Source of the DNA: a virus
Length of the DNA stretch: 64,000 bases
IMG/VR virus record: IMGVR_UViG_3300032236_001503
Location: 32,001-96,000 of that record
Strand: one strand, 5' to 3'
The notes under the pieces are model-generated. The model was not told the DNA's origin. It made no database searches and was given only the letters and a program-made list of their open reading frames with translations. The translations under genes were made by a program, and so were the position numbers. Each line of letters opens with the position of its first letter. Positions within the stretch are counted from its first letter, which is position 1. Of the stretch, positions 1 through 11,000 are shown one piece after another.

Positions 1-1285
1 AATCCGCTACGTGTGTAACGGTTCCATCTTGCTCTGGTACAATTGAATAACCTCCTTGATACGGAGATTGTACACCATTAGATCCTTGATCTGAAAATAT
101 CGAAGATCTGTGATAGAGAGTTCCACCAATTGGATCAACTTCATAGATAACACAACGTGCATTGGGTGCTGCCCCACTCTCATCATCATAGCACGATATC
201 ATGAAATTACTTGCATTATAAATAGGCTCTAAATTTGGTTGCCATCTTGCATCGTGTTGAGCACATGTTCCACTGTATTGATATCCGTTATAATATGGCT
301 CGTCTTGTATATTATTGTAACGATTTTCAAACCAAACGGTATTATTTAATTGTCCGTTTTGATTATTACCTATATCTTGTAATCTAGTTCCATAATATGG
401 TTGTTGACCCTGAATAACCCATAGTATATTTTTTGTTGCATATTCGATACAAACTAAAGTTGAAGTGTGTCTGAAACTACAAAGTACATCACCTGTTGTT
501 GGATGAACATCAACAGAATTTAAATGGAATGTATCTCCATCATAACCATCATTATTAAAACAACTATCACTATAAAAATCCCAAACAACATCACCTGATG
601 GAGTTTGTTCTTGTAGATAGAATCCATCGTTAGTATAACATTCGGTGATGACATTACCAAATCTACTTGGTGTTTTTATTTGTTGAACTTCATGGACATC
701 CCAACCATAATAAACTGGATTATTATTTGTATCATTATGAACATAATGACCTGTATAGTTAATAATATCATTTTGAATTTGAGCAACACCTTTAACCGAA
801 TAGTTATTTGAATTTAATGCCAACCAATTAGTGTCACAACCTTGGTGTAGACTGAATGCCGCACCTGTATCATCTGTTGCATACCAAATTGGTACTGCAT
901 TTTTATCATATATGAAATAATATGTGCCATCTCCTCCATTGTTTCCGTGTGCTGTTAAATAGTAACCAGAAATATAATTTTCGGTTGCAGGATAAGTTAC
1001 CGTAAGTGGCATTACACTTTGTGGTAAGAATCTTATGTAATAAGAAGAACTAAGGTTGTCGGTTAAACATACTAAATCATTTGCATGAATTTGAGCAACT
1101 TGATTGTTGGTATATTGGTTTCCATTTACATGGATATTCCAATTGTTGAGTTGAGATCCTACACTTGTTGTGGTTCTTACACAATAATCAGTAATAGTAG
1201 ACGAAAACGTAGGATAAAGAGTATTACTACCAACCGTTGATGTAATACTAGAAATCGGTACTGAAACTGTTATATTGTATAGCAT
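1..1285 (-). CDS. Aryl-sulfate sulfotransferase (ASST)-like beta-propeller protein with N-terminal cadherin-like beta-sandwich; 3' end runs off the window
   Basis: Not in ORF track. Hand translation from ATG at 1285 is open to base 2 (>=428 aa: MLYNITVSVP...LYPTFSSTITDY...WDVHE...DTFHLNSVD...SFRHTS...AQHDARW...SPYQGG). H(E/D), HxN, SxR and QH motifs match the ASST catalytic set; TATAAATA box 6 nt upstream. Confidence 0.8.
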   Translation of the reverse strand, partial: MLYNITVSVPISSITSTVGSNTLYPTFSSTITDYCVRTTTSVGSQLNNWNIHVNGNQYTNNQVAQIHANDLVCLTDNLSSSYYIRFLPQSVMPLTVTYPATENYISGYYLTAHGNNGGDGTYYFIYDKNAVPIWYATDDTGAAFSLHQGCDTNWLALNSNNYSVKGVAQIQNDIINYTGHYVHNDTNNNPVYYGWDVHEVQQIKTPSRFGNVITECYTNDGFYLQEQTPSGDVVWDFYSDSCFNNDGYDGDTFHLNSVDVHPTTGDVLCSFRHTSTLVCIEYATKNILWVIQGQQPYYGTRLQDIGNNQNGQLNNTVWFENRYNNIQDEPYYNGYQYSGTCAQHDARWQPNLEPIYNASNFMISCYDDESGAAPNARCVIYEVDPIGGTLYHRSSIFSDQGSNGVQSPYQGGYSIVPEQDGTVTHVAD

Positions 1286-1291
1286 TAATAC

Positions 1292-1299
1292 TATTTATA
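1292..1299 (-). promoter_or_regulatory. T4-type late promoter TATAAATA for the ASST-like gene
   Basis: Exact T4 gp55 consensus, 6 nt before ATG 1285. Confidence 0.7.
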
Positions 1300-1335
1300 G
1301 TTTAAATCAATTTACTCTATAGTATATTTTAAATA

Positions 1336-3744
1336 TTAAACTATACATGCACCATTCCAGTATAGATGCGTTCCATCACTTGTTAAGCAACCACCATTGA
1401 TGTTTATTGCGTTTACATAAGTGTAGTTTGAATTATTGGCGCAAATATTAGAACCTAATATAAAGACATTTGAATTTCCACAATCTTGGTTATTACATCC
1501 ACCTAGAATTGCAGAACAGTTGCCAGAAGCAGTATTACATGAACCACCAGATACAGTAGAAGCATATCCAGAGGCTGTATTATAACAACCGCCAACTACG
1601 CTTGCAAATCCAGAAATTGCACAATTATATCTACCGCTAACTACAAGTGGAGCAAATCCACCACCCGAATTACAAGCAAGATTATAAGCACCAGAAACTG
1701 TTGTTGCGGTATCACCAAGTGCTGCATTACACCATCCAGCAAGAACTGCTGCTGCATTGCTACCAATATTAAAAACAGTGGAATATGCAGAGTTACTATT
1801 ACCACCGCCAATAAAATCGTAATTACCACATGCTTTGTTATAATGACCACCAGTGATTGTTGAGCAATATCCAGCAGCGCAATTACAAGATCCTCCCCCT
1901 ATTATTGAATATGTGCCAGAAGCAGTATTGCATATACCACCAAGGATAGAACTACCATTACCACTGGCAATGTTGCAGTAACCACCACTTACGGTTGTGT
2001 CATATTCACCAGAAGCTGTATTGCAACCACCACCGAGAACTGCTGACCAACCAATAGTTGCAATTGCACTATTATGTCCACCACCAGCAACAACTGAGTT
2101 TGTACTAGAACAACCAGTTACGTTATTTACACCACCTAAAATTGATGAATGAGTACCACATGCTGTATTGTTACCACTTGATGGTTGTATTGAACAAACT
2201 CCACATCCAGCAACCAATACTCCACTTATACCACATCCGTATATGCAGCCACATACACATAAATTATTTTCAACGAAAACACCGCAACAGAAATTGAGAC
2301 TTAATGTTGCATCACCATGACCACATGTGTTGGTCCCATCGGTTAATACAACTTCACTACCTCCACCTATAATTGAAGAGGAATAAACCGAATTTGTTGT
2401 AGCAAGATTATTTACATATGTTGTATTATCTTGAGTTGATGTGATGTTTGCACCAATCGCAAAAGAACAATTGTTTTGAACATTATTGTTTACTCCACCT
2501 AAAACTCCAGAATGTGAACCACCGACATTATTTGACCCATCCTTTGCTTGTATTGATGCGCAGCCGCTACCATAACAATATGGTGTATTTGAATTATTAA
2601 ATGCATTACATAATGCACACCCAGTTGTTGCATCATAACATGCATAATTGGCATAATTGGTACTATAAGCGTATCCTGAATTTGATACACAACCTTGAGC
2701 ACAAAGACCATTTATGTATACTGAATTAGAGCTATAAATATTATTATAACATTGATTTATTAATGTATTATTATTTCCATAATTGGTAACATAACAAGAA
2801 TTTGTAAAATTATTGTTAGAACCATATGATGCTGTGTTACATGAATTAATAAATGTATTAGCATTATTAGGATCATAGTTATTATAACCACAAGTAGGAT
2901 ATCCAATTAGGCAAAATCCACGGCTGTCACATCCTGCACATTGAGCACAACCAGCACTATAAGCATATCCCGAATAAGTTGAACAATAAGCATATTCTGA
3001 ACAATAAGCATTATAAGCATTATAAGCATATCCTGAATTTGATACACAACCATTTGCAAAAAGTCCGTTTATGTATACCGAATTGGAATTATATATTGTG
3101 TTATTGCATTGATTTATTACGATTGTATTATCAACACCGTACCATGTAGTTACGCCATTTGAATTGATGAATGTATTTGTATTGTCACAATCATAATTGT
3201 TACCATATCCACTAGCGAACCCAGCTAAACAAAACCCACGGCTATCACATCCTGCGCATCCTGCGTATTGAGCACAACCTGAGTATTCAGAACCATAAGC
3301 GGCGTAAGCACTATTAGCATATCCTGAACATGTAGCACACCCAGCAGTATTGGCATTACCAGCGTTAATTGCATAACATGAGTTTGTAGCAGTTCCAGCG
3401 GTGCAAGCATATCCTGAGTTTGTAGCAGTTCCAGCGGTGCAAGCATATCCTGAGTTTGTAGCGGTTGCAGCTTCAGTAGAAAAATTAGCAGAAAGTGAAT
3501 TAACCGAATTTTTTACCGCACAACCATTATTTCCATTAATAAACCATGCTATACAATGATTAGCATCGTCACATTTTGCAGTATTGGCATTACTACTAGT
3601 TCCACCACCACCGATAGCTGAACTTACATATTTAGTAAATGTACAAGCATCTACACTGTAATTTGATCCACTTCTTACTATTGGTACTATATCTCCTGTT
3701 TGTAAGCAGCAGGATTCTGGTAGTTGGGAAAATTTGATTGACAT
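1336..3744 (-). CDS. Cys-rich tail/virion fibre protein (802 aa) with beta-roll repeats
   Basis: N-terminal MSIKFSQLP..LQTGDIVPIVRSG motif seen in phage fibre proteins; A/N/Y-rich triplet repeats; C-terminal GGxxNTASGxxSxxxGG 15-mer repeats; about 65 Cys by hand count. Confidence 0.7.
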   Translation of the reverse strand: MSIKFSQLPESCCLQTGDIVPIVRSGSNYSVDACTFTKYVSSAIGGGGTSSNANTAKCDDANHCIAWFINGNNGCAVKNSVNSLSANFSTEAATATNSGYACTAGTATNSGYACTAGTATNSCYAINAGNANTAGCATCSGYANSAYAAYGSEYSGCAQYAGCAGCDSRGFCLAGFASGYGNNYDCDNTNTFINSNGVTTWYGVDNTIVINQCNNTIYNSNSVYINGLFANGCVSNSGYAYNAYNAYCSEYAYCSTYSGYAYSAGCAQCAGCDSRGFCLIGYPTCGYNNYDPNNANTFINSCNTASYGSNNNFTNSCYVTNYGNNNTLINQCYNNIYSSNSVYINGLCAQGCVSNSGYAYSTNYANYACYDATTGCALCNAFNNSNTPYCYGSGCASIQAKDGSNNVGGSHSGVLGGVNNNVQNNCSFAIGANITSTQDNTTYVNNLATTNSVYSSSIIGGGSEVVLTDGTNTCGHGDATLSLNFCCGVFVENNLCVCGCIYGCGISGVLVAGCGVCSIQPSSGNNTACGTHSSILGGVNNVTGCSSTNSVVAGGGHNSAIATIGWSAVLGGGCNTASGEYDTTVSGGYCNIASGNGSSILGGICNTASGTYSIIGGGSCNCAAGYCSTITGGHYNKACGNYDFIGGGNSNSAYSTVFNIGSNAAAVLAGWCNAALGDTATTVSGAYNLACNSGGGFAPLVVSGRYNCAISGFASVVGGCYNTASGYASTVSGGSCNTASGNCSAILGGCNNQDCGNSNVFILGSNICANNSNYTYVNAININGGCLTSDGTHLYWNGACIV
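3379..3462. repeat. Exact 36-bp tandem repeat (2.3 copies) encoding ATNSGYACTAGT
   Basis: tgagtttgtagcagttccagcggtgcaagcatatcc x2 plus partial copy. Confidence 0.9.
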
Positions 3745-3750
3745 TACTAA

Positions 3751-3756
3751 TAATTA
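3751..3756 (-). promoter_or_regulatory. Late-promoter variant TAATTA before the fibre gene
   Basis: 6 nt before ATG 3744; overlaps upstream stop codon. Confidence 0.4.
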
Positions 3757-4302
3757 TCCTTCGGATATGAAGAATATATTATTTTCTGTTATAAACTCTA
3801 ATCCCTGTTCGGTTACAAAGGAATTTATAGGGATAAATGATAAAGTATTATTAATATAAATACCAGATACACAAGGTCTTTGTATATCCGTTGCACCAAC
3901 CCACGAACTAGTAAATGGAACCCTACTATCTTGTGAAAGAATGCCAAAACCTGCTTCATTTTGGAAAATTATGTCGAAAAATCCAGAATCTTGAAAAATT
4001 TCAGGTAAGTTTAAAACTGCATATTTTTCAGAGCTAAAATCAACATATTCTGTTACATCTACACCACTGAAACCTATGTTTGTACTGGAAAGTTTTTCAG
4101 AATTATAAAATGGATTTATATATTCTTTATCTAATGAAAATAAAGAAGGATTATTTGAACTTAAGTAAACATTTGTTATATTGTAAAAAGATCTACCCAC
4201 CAATACCAATGCTGGTAAGCTTGAATTGGTTTGATTTAATGTAAAAGCATAGAAGTTTACATCAAATGGTTGAGGTCTGGCATTTTTTACAAAATGATCC
4301 AT
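3754..4302 (-). CDS. Putative virion structural protein (Ig-like) with C-terminal TExG..ITE motif
   Basis: 182 aa ORF between portal and fibre; ends FVTEQGLEFITENNIFFISEG. Confidence 0.5.
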   Translation of the reverse strand: MDHFVKNARPQPFDVNFYAFTLNQTNSSLPALVLVGRSFYNITNVYLSSNNPSLFSLDKEYINPFYNSEKLSSTNIGFSGVDVTEYVDFSSEKYAVLNLPEIFQDSGFFDIIFQNEAGFGILSQDSRVPFTSSWVGATDIQRPCVSGIYINNTLSFIPINSFVTEQGLEFITENNIFFISEG

Positions 4303-4305
4303 ACA

Positions 4306-6177
4306 TTATGCAGTTGGTGCTGGTGTAGCCTGTGCTGCTGCACCAGTTTCTGGTGTTTCGGTTGCTGCTTGAGCTTCTGGCGTTTCGGTTGTTGCTCCAG
4401 CTGCCCCACCACCTCCAAATTCGGGGATTTCAGATGCAGTTGGTGCTCCACCGCCACCACCTGCGGCTGGGGCTGCTCCACCTGCACCGAGAGCACCTGC
4501 TGCTTGTTCTGCTGCTTCGATGTGTTCACGCCAGTTCGGTCCTGTCTGTGCAATCTGATCCAATTCCCACTTGAGGGCTGCATCTTTTCTGAGCCATTCC
4601 ATGTTTTCGGATATTTTAGCATCATTTAAACCAAGGTAATGTCTTTGGGCAAATGTCTTGGAAATTGATTCATTCTGAGACATGTTGTTAAAGTTATTAT
4701 ACTTTAATTCAAATTCCTGATTCTTTCTTATTGCAAAATAATTGGAAGGTGGGTTGAAATGTATATCGAAATATGACTCATGCATTCCATATTCTTTCCA
4801 CCATCCACGGAGTTTTAAGTGTGTTACGAATGCTTCCTTTAATCCGGTTGAAAATTGATTCTGAACACGGACAATAAACTTAGCAAAGCGTAATTCTTCT
4901 CTTAAAATCTCTGCACCATCCTTGTATCCTTCGTCTGGATTCATTCTTGTTAATGGTACTTTGAGACTCTTGTAGAGTTTGTTTACGAAATAGGTTAAAT
5001 CTTCAATTTTACCAAGATTTGCTCCACCTTGCATTAATTCAACATCACTTCCACTTTCACCTTGACGTTTTGCAAACCAATATGAATCTAACATGGACTG
5101 CGGATCATAGATATTTCCTGCGCCCTTGCCTGATTGTGAGTCATAGGTCTTTTTTGACCAGTATGATTGCATGAGTTGTTTTAAATATGCCTCTGCTTTT
5201 GCTGGTGGCATGTTACCAACGTCAATTTTAAATTTTAAACGCTCTGGAGCACGTACCATTCTATAGATAACGACAGCATCTTCAAGTAATGAAACCTGTT
5301 TATATGCACGACGAGCATTTTCAAGGAAAGGAACCTTGATCGACATGTCTTCGTTCCACATTCCTGAGTTAATATAGGTAATCTGATTGCCTTGGAACGT
5401 GATTAATTGCTGTTGTAATGAATTAGAATTGTTTTGTGATGGTGGCGGTGCGGATGGGCTATTTGGACTATTAGCATTTTGTTGTAAGCTAATTGGTTTT
5501 TGGAATATAAAGTTTTCAATTACATTATTTTGAACATTATCATAGACAGGGTTAATGAGTTCACCGGGTATGTTAAGTACACCAATAATACCTAATTCCT
5601 TTTTTCTTTCATGAACAACATTTTCAAAGAAAATTTCACCTTCAATTAATAATTGACGACAATATCCCCATCCTTTGTGTTCTAAATCAAAAACCTGAAT
5701 GAATTTATAGAATTCTTTTTCTATTTCACTTCTTTCGGTTGATTCCAACTTACCAAATGTTGAAAATCCAATTCTTAAGAACTTATCTTCATCATCTTTA
5801 TTTAAAAATTCATCACAAATTTCATCTAAACAATCTGAAATTTCAGCATATGAACCCATTCTGCGATATTCTGCAATTCTACGAACCTTATCAACGTCAA
5901 CGCTGGCATAAATGTACTTGTGATAAGCATGATCTGATGTAAAAGAACCTGCACCATATTGATCTGTATTCTGGCGCATGGCAGGACCGGTAATAACGGA
6001 CTGCTGCATAACACGATATTCGTGTCTTTTAGCTAAACGATCAAAGAGTTCATATCGTGGATTACCAATATCTGCATCGACTGCATCTTGGATGTAGGGT
6101 AATCTTGAAAGAATATTGGATATAAAATTTCTACCGTTATCAGGCTGTCTATTCGGTGTTGGTAATACGTCAGGCAT
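4306..6177 (-). CDS. gp20: Portal vertex protein (T4 gp20-like)
   Basis: EDAVVIYRMVRAPERLKFKIDVGNMPPAKAEAY, LYKSLKVPLTR, EILREELRFAKF are hallmark gp20 motifs; low-complexity A/G/P/T tail. Confidence 0.95.
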   Translation of the reverse strand: MPDVLPTPNRQPDNGRNFISNILSRLPYIQDAVDADIGNPRYELFDRLAKRHEYRVMQQSVITGPAMRQNTDQYGAGSFTSDHAYHKYIYASVDVDKVRRIAEYRRMGSYAEISDCLDEICDEFLNKDDEDKFLRIGFSTFGKLESTERSEIEKEFYKFIQVFDLEHKGWGYCRQLLIEGEIFFENVVHERKKELGIIGVLNIPGELINPVYDNVQNNVIENFIFQKPISLQQNANSPNSPSAPPPSQNNSNSLQQQLITFQGNQITYINSGMWNEDMSIKVPFLENARRAYKQVSLLEDAVVIYRMVRAPERLKFKIDVGNMPPAKAEAYLKQLMQSYWSKKTYDSQSGKGAGNIYDPQSMLDSYWFAKRQGESGSDVELMQGGANLGKIEDLTYFVNKLYKSLKVPLTRMNPDEGYKDGAEILREELRFAKFIVRVQNQFSTGLKEAFVTHLKLRGWWKEYGMHESYFDIHFNPPSNYFAIRKNQEFELKYNNFNNMSQNESISKTFAQRHYLGLNDAKISENMEWLRKDAALKWELDQIAQTGPNWREHIEAAEQAAGALGAGGAAPAAGGGGGAPTASEIPEFGGGGAAGATTETPEAQAATETPETGAAAQATPAPTA

Positions 6178-6183
6178 TTGAAT

Positions 6184-6189
6184 TATTTA
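6184..6189 (-). promoter_or_regulatory. Late promoter core TAAATA for portal
   Basis: 6 nt before ATG 6177. Confidence 0.6.
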
Positions 6190-6215
6190 GTATAATAATA
6201 TACTTATCAAGATAC

Positions 6216-6243
6216 TTGACTTAAAATTACTTTATAGTAAATT
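6216..6243 (+). promoter_or_regulatory. Sigma70-like promoter TTGACT-N16-TAAATT
   Basis: -10 ends 6 nt before ATG 6250; same geometry recurs at many genes. Confidence 0.65.
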
Positions 6244-6249
6244 TAAAAT

Positions 6250-7188
6250 ATGGACAAATACGTTATCTTTCACATTGATGGTGGTTGTGGTAAAAACATA
6301 GTCGCTACTTCTGTTGTTAAATCAATCAAAGCCGCTTACCCTGAACACAAATTAATCGTAGTAACCGCATGGCCCGATGTCTTCGTTCATAATCCAAACA
6401 TTTACAGGGTTTATAGATTTGGAAATATTCCTTATTTTTATGATGATTACATTAATGGTAAGGATTCTGTCATTTTAAGATATGAACCCTATCATTCTGG
6501 TGATCTTCTTTATCGTAAAAAGTCATTGGCTGAAATTTGGTGTGATGTTTTCAATATACCTTGCGTAGATGTTAAGCCAGAAATAGTTTTAACCGAAAGA
6601 GAGCTTCTATTTGCTCAAAAACAGCTTCAAAAGGACGGACCCGTTCTCCTCATACAATCCTCTGGTGGAGCGGAACAACAAGGTCATCCTTATTCTTGGT
6701 CAAGAGACCTTCCTCCATCACTTGCACAGGAAATTGTTTATTCAGTTAGGGATAAATTCAGTAAAATCCTCCATGTTAGAAGAGAAAATCAACCAGCATT
6801 GGATGGAACCATTCATGTAAGTGATTCCTTTAGAAATCTCTTCTGTTATATTGCACTTTCAGATAAAATTCTTGGAATTGACTCGTTTGCTCAACATGCA
6901 GCTGCTGCTTTTGATAAAAAAGCAACGGTTGGTTGGATTTCTAACTCTCCTGTTGTTTTTGGACATAAAATTCATGACAATATTCTAGCAACTGGTGCAG
7001 AATCATTCCGTCATCGTATTGATTCTTACCTTGAAGAGGATGATTGGACAGGTGGAAGATTCCATGAGTGTCCTTATGACAATATTTCTAATCTTTTCAA
7101 TAAAGATCAGTTTATTGAATCGATTTTAGGTTCAAAAACCGATTTAACTTTTGAAATTGCCGATCAACCAACTATTAAATTTAACTAA
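6250..7188 (+). CDS. GT9-like (ADP-heptose heptosyltransferase-fold, GT-B) glycosyltransferase
   Basis: N-terminal GGxGxxIxxTxxxxxIKxxYPxxxLxV and C-terminal IDSxxxHxAAA motifs of GT9. Confidence 0.75.
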   Translation: MDKYVIFHIDGGCGKNIVATSVVKSIKAAYPEHKLIVVTAWPDVFVHNPNIYRVYRFGNIPYFYDDYINGKDSVILRYEPYHSGDLLYRKKSLAEIWCDVFNIPCVDVKPEIVLTERELLFAQKQLQKDGPVLLIQSSGGAEQQGHPYSWSRDLPPSLAQEIVYSVRDKFSKILHVRRENQPALDGTIHVSDSFRNLFCYIALSDKILGIDSFAQHAAAAFDKKATVGWISNSPVVFGHKIHDNILATGAESFRHRIDSYLEEDDWTGGRFHECPYDNISNLFNKDQFIESILGSKTDLTFEIADQPTIKFN

Positions 7189-8012
7189 TGAAAAACATAT
7201 TCTTTAATTCATCGATGCCTCGTAGTATGAGTACACTTTTGCAGTGTATTTTAAATCAACACCCTGAAATACAGGCTACACAAACCGATCCGGTTTTAGA
7301 ATATCTTTATGGTGCAAGAGTGAATTTCACCAATACACCAGAAGTTAAGGCAATGGATCAAGAACTTGCTTTAAAGACTTGGAGAGGTTTCTGTAAGGGT
7401 GGCTTAGAGGGATATGCAAATTCATATACTGATAAACCAAATCTTTGCATTAAGACTCGTGGTGGAACTATTCATTACAAGTGGTTTGAATCATTCATGC
7501 CTTATAAGCCAAAAATGATTTGTATGGTTAGAAATTTAAAAAGTGTTTTTTCTTCGATGGAAAAACTTTATAGAAAGAGTCAGGAATACCATCAGGAAAT
7601 CCAAAATCACTCAGAAATGAAAGGTACATCAACCGCAAAGAGAATTGATGCTTGGGTTGCTTCACCTCCTGTTGGTATGGCTCTTGAAAGACTTCAGCAA
7701 ACCTTCTTGGAGGGTATTAATAAGGAAGTTCTTTATGTAAGAGCAGAAGATTTAACAAGTTATCCACAAAGAGAAATGGATAAGGTTTATACCTATCTTG
7801 GTATAGAAGGATTTAAGCACGATTTTGATAATGTTGAACAAACAATCAAGGAAGATGATTCGGTTTATGGTTTAACCAAGGATCTTCATACAATCAAAAG
7901 AAAAGTTCAACCTTTAACTCCCGATTATACGGAAGTTTTAGGAAAACAAGTCTGTGATTGGATTGATAGCAATTTTGCTTGGTATCAAAAGGGATTTGGT
8001 TATACCAAATAA
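7188..8012 (+). CDS. PAPS-dependent sulfotransferase (Sulfotransfer_3-like)
   Basis: 5'-PSB loop SMPRSMSTLL, 3'-PB motif VRNxxxVxSS, xEDLxxxP; TAATG coupling to the upstream GT. Confidence 0.85.
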   Translation: MKNIFFNSSMPRSMSTLLQCILNQHPEIQATQTDPVLEYLYGARVNFTNTPEVKAMDQELALKTWRGFCKGGLEGYANSYTDKPNLCIKTRGGTIHYKWFESFMPYKPKMICMVRNLKSVFSSMEKLYRKSQEYHQEIQNHSEMKGTSTAKRIDAWVASPPVGMALERLQQTFLEGINKEVLYVRAEDLTSYPQREMDKVYTYLGIEGFKHDFDNVEQTIKEDDSVYGLTKDLHTIKRKVQPLTPDYTEVLGKQVCDWIDSNFAWYQKGFGYTK

Positions 8013-11000
8013 TTAGTTAATCTTATAGATTTCTACCTTTGTCCAATTGCCATCAGATGTGCCAATTATCTGTTGACCTGATACACTACTGTATCCTGAG
8101 AAGTTAACGGAATCGGTTGTTCCATTGAAATATAATATAGCAGTTGATGTTTGTGATTGTGATGCACCAGTTCCAGTATACAATGGCATTTGTACAAGAG
8201 ATTTTGTATTAGATCCATTTAAGCGAATCTGTGAATTGTTTTGACCTGTACCCGTAGTTGAACCCCATGCTATTTGATATGTAACCATGTAGTAGCCGGG
8301 TATTTTTGGTGTTATCACACCAGATAATGCTGGATATGTTCCAAGATTTGATACCCATCCATTTGGATCATTTTTAACTGTTAATGGCAACCAATAATCA
8401 AGATTAGCTGATGAATTTATATTAGCCGAAACGTAAGCGGTTGCTGTATAGTTTGTATTAGTTGAAAGGTTTCCAGTTGCACTAATACTACCATTAACTG
8501 TTAATGTTGTATTTGGTGTTGATGTTGCAATACCAACGTTACCATTGTTGAGTATACGCATTCTTTCAGCACCTGCACCGATTATTACGGTGTTTGATAC
8601 ATCAGAACCTGCTGCAAGTCCAGTACCTAAAATTGTGTTATTTGAACCATAAACAATATTAGCACCAGAATTTATACCTAATACTACGTTATTACAACCA
8701 CCGATTGAATTACCTAAACTACCTGCACCTAAAACTGTGTTTCCGCAACCAGAAACAGATGCATACATTGTTCTGCAACCAAATGATATGTTAGAAGAAC
8801 CACAGGTGTTAACCTGCATGGCTTGATAACCCATTGAGAAATTATTAGTACCCGTAGTTGTAACTGGCTGACTTGAATACCCAAGTGATATGTTGTTATT
8901 ACCTGAAGTTAAGCCGTATAAATTACCTCTACCTAAAGCTATATTGTAGCCACCAGAAACCGTACCCGGTATGTTCAAGCAACCAATAGCAATGTTTTGA
9001 CAACCAGTAGTATTTGCTAAATAACCATTTATATTTCCAGATCCAATTGCAATGTTTCCATTGGAAACACCATAACAACTTGAAAGATTGTTACAACCAA
9101 TACCAATATTAACACAGTTATCAACACGGATTTTTTCTCCACCTGCACCGAGAATCAATGAATTACATACATCAGTATTAGGAGAAACACTAGCACCCAA
9201 AATTGTATTAGAGCACCCATTTATTATATTGGCTCCTGAACCGCAACCAATTGAGATGTTAGCACAACCAGTTGTTAAAACTCCTATTGCTCCATAACCA
9301 AGACCTATATTATGATTTCCTGATAGGTTATTGTTTAATGATCTATAACCAACTGCGAAGTTGTGTCCACCAGATGTATTGTTATATAATGTCTGATAAC
9401 CAAATGCAATGTTACAACTTCCTACTATATTTCTATATAAACTATTTGTACCAATTGCAATATTCATCCCAGCAGTAGTGACAGATCCCAACATGCTAGT
9501 ACCAATAGCAATGTTTTGATAGGCTGAACTTGTACTACCACCATAAAGGTTTACACCAAGACCTATATTATTACTACCTGTTACATTGGGTGGAATTGAA
9601 TTAACACCTATACCGATATTAGAATTACCTGTTATATTACAAATAGCACCACGACCGACTTGATTACCAATAGCAACATTATAACAACAATCAACACGCA
9701 TTTTTTCTACGCCACCAGCACCAAGAATTAAAGTATTGTTTAAGCAACTATTTCCATTTGCACCACTTCCTAAAAATGTATTGCTACAACCACAATAAAA
9801 AGAACCACCAGCATTTGTTCCAATTGCAGTATTATTACATCCTGAAATTGCACCCTGTAATGTTTGAATACCTATAGCAACATTTTGACAACCACATGTG
9901 TTGGAATTCATGGAATAACCACCAAAGGCAACGTTATCATTACCACATGTATTATTTCTCATTGTAACATAGCCAAATGCAAAGTTATTACTTCCTGAAG
10001 TATTACTTTGAAGAGTAAATGAACCCATTCCAAAATTACTTGATCCACAACCACCACCATTAATAAATGAACCCAATGCAACGTTACCACTTCCGGTTGT
10101 CATTGATTGAAGGTTATTTGAACCAACCGAGAAGTTGTTTGAGCCACAATTATAACCCATTGCAGCACCACCTAGAGCAACGTTATTTGAAGAATCAATT
10201 TGTAATCTTTGATAACCAGCGTTAATCGATAATAAGCAACTAACGTTGTTATAACTTGTTCCTGCTCCAGCACCAAGAAATGTATTATAGCAACCACACT
10301 GTGAATTTGATCCTGCGTTGTTACCAATGGCAACATTGCAACAACCCGAAAGATTACTATATAAACTAAGTTGTCCAATTGCCACGTTAAAACAGCCACA
10401 TGTGTTGCTTTGCATACTACATGCACCTATTGCAGTATTGTAACAACCGCATGCATTAGTTAATAATGAATTAATTCCAATTGCTTGATTGCAAGTTCCT
10501 ATTGTATTATTTCTTAAAGTTGATTGACCTAACGCAATGTTATCACTACTAGTAGTATTACAACATAAAGCACTATTTCCAATTGCTATATTATTACCAC
10601 CTGTACTATTACATTGAAGCGATGCTTGACCTAATGCAATGTTTTGTGATCCGGTTGTATTTCCAAGTAAAGAATTTCCACCAAATGCAAAATTACAATT
10701 TCCTGTTGTATTATTTAAAAGATTTGAACCACCATGAGAAACGTTATTGCAACAATCGATACGCATTTTTTCTGAACCAGCACCAAGAATTAATGTGTTA
10801 TTTAAACATGTATTTCCAATGATACCAGTTCCTAAAAATGTATTGCAACATCCATATTGTAACGATCCACCACTACCATTTCCGATGGCTGTGTTATAGC
10901 AACCAGAAACAGCAGCAAATAAACTACCTGCTCCTATTGAAACGTTATTAGAACCACAGGTTGTTGCATAAAGACTATTTGTACCCATTGATATATTGGA

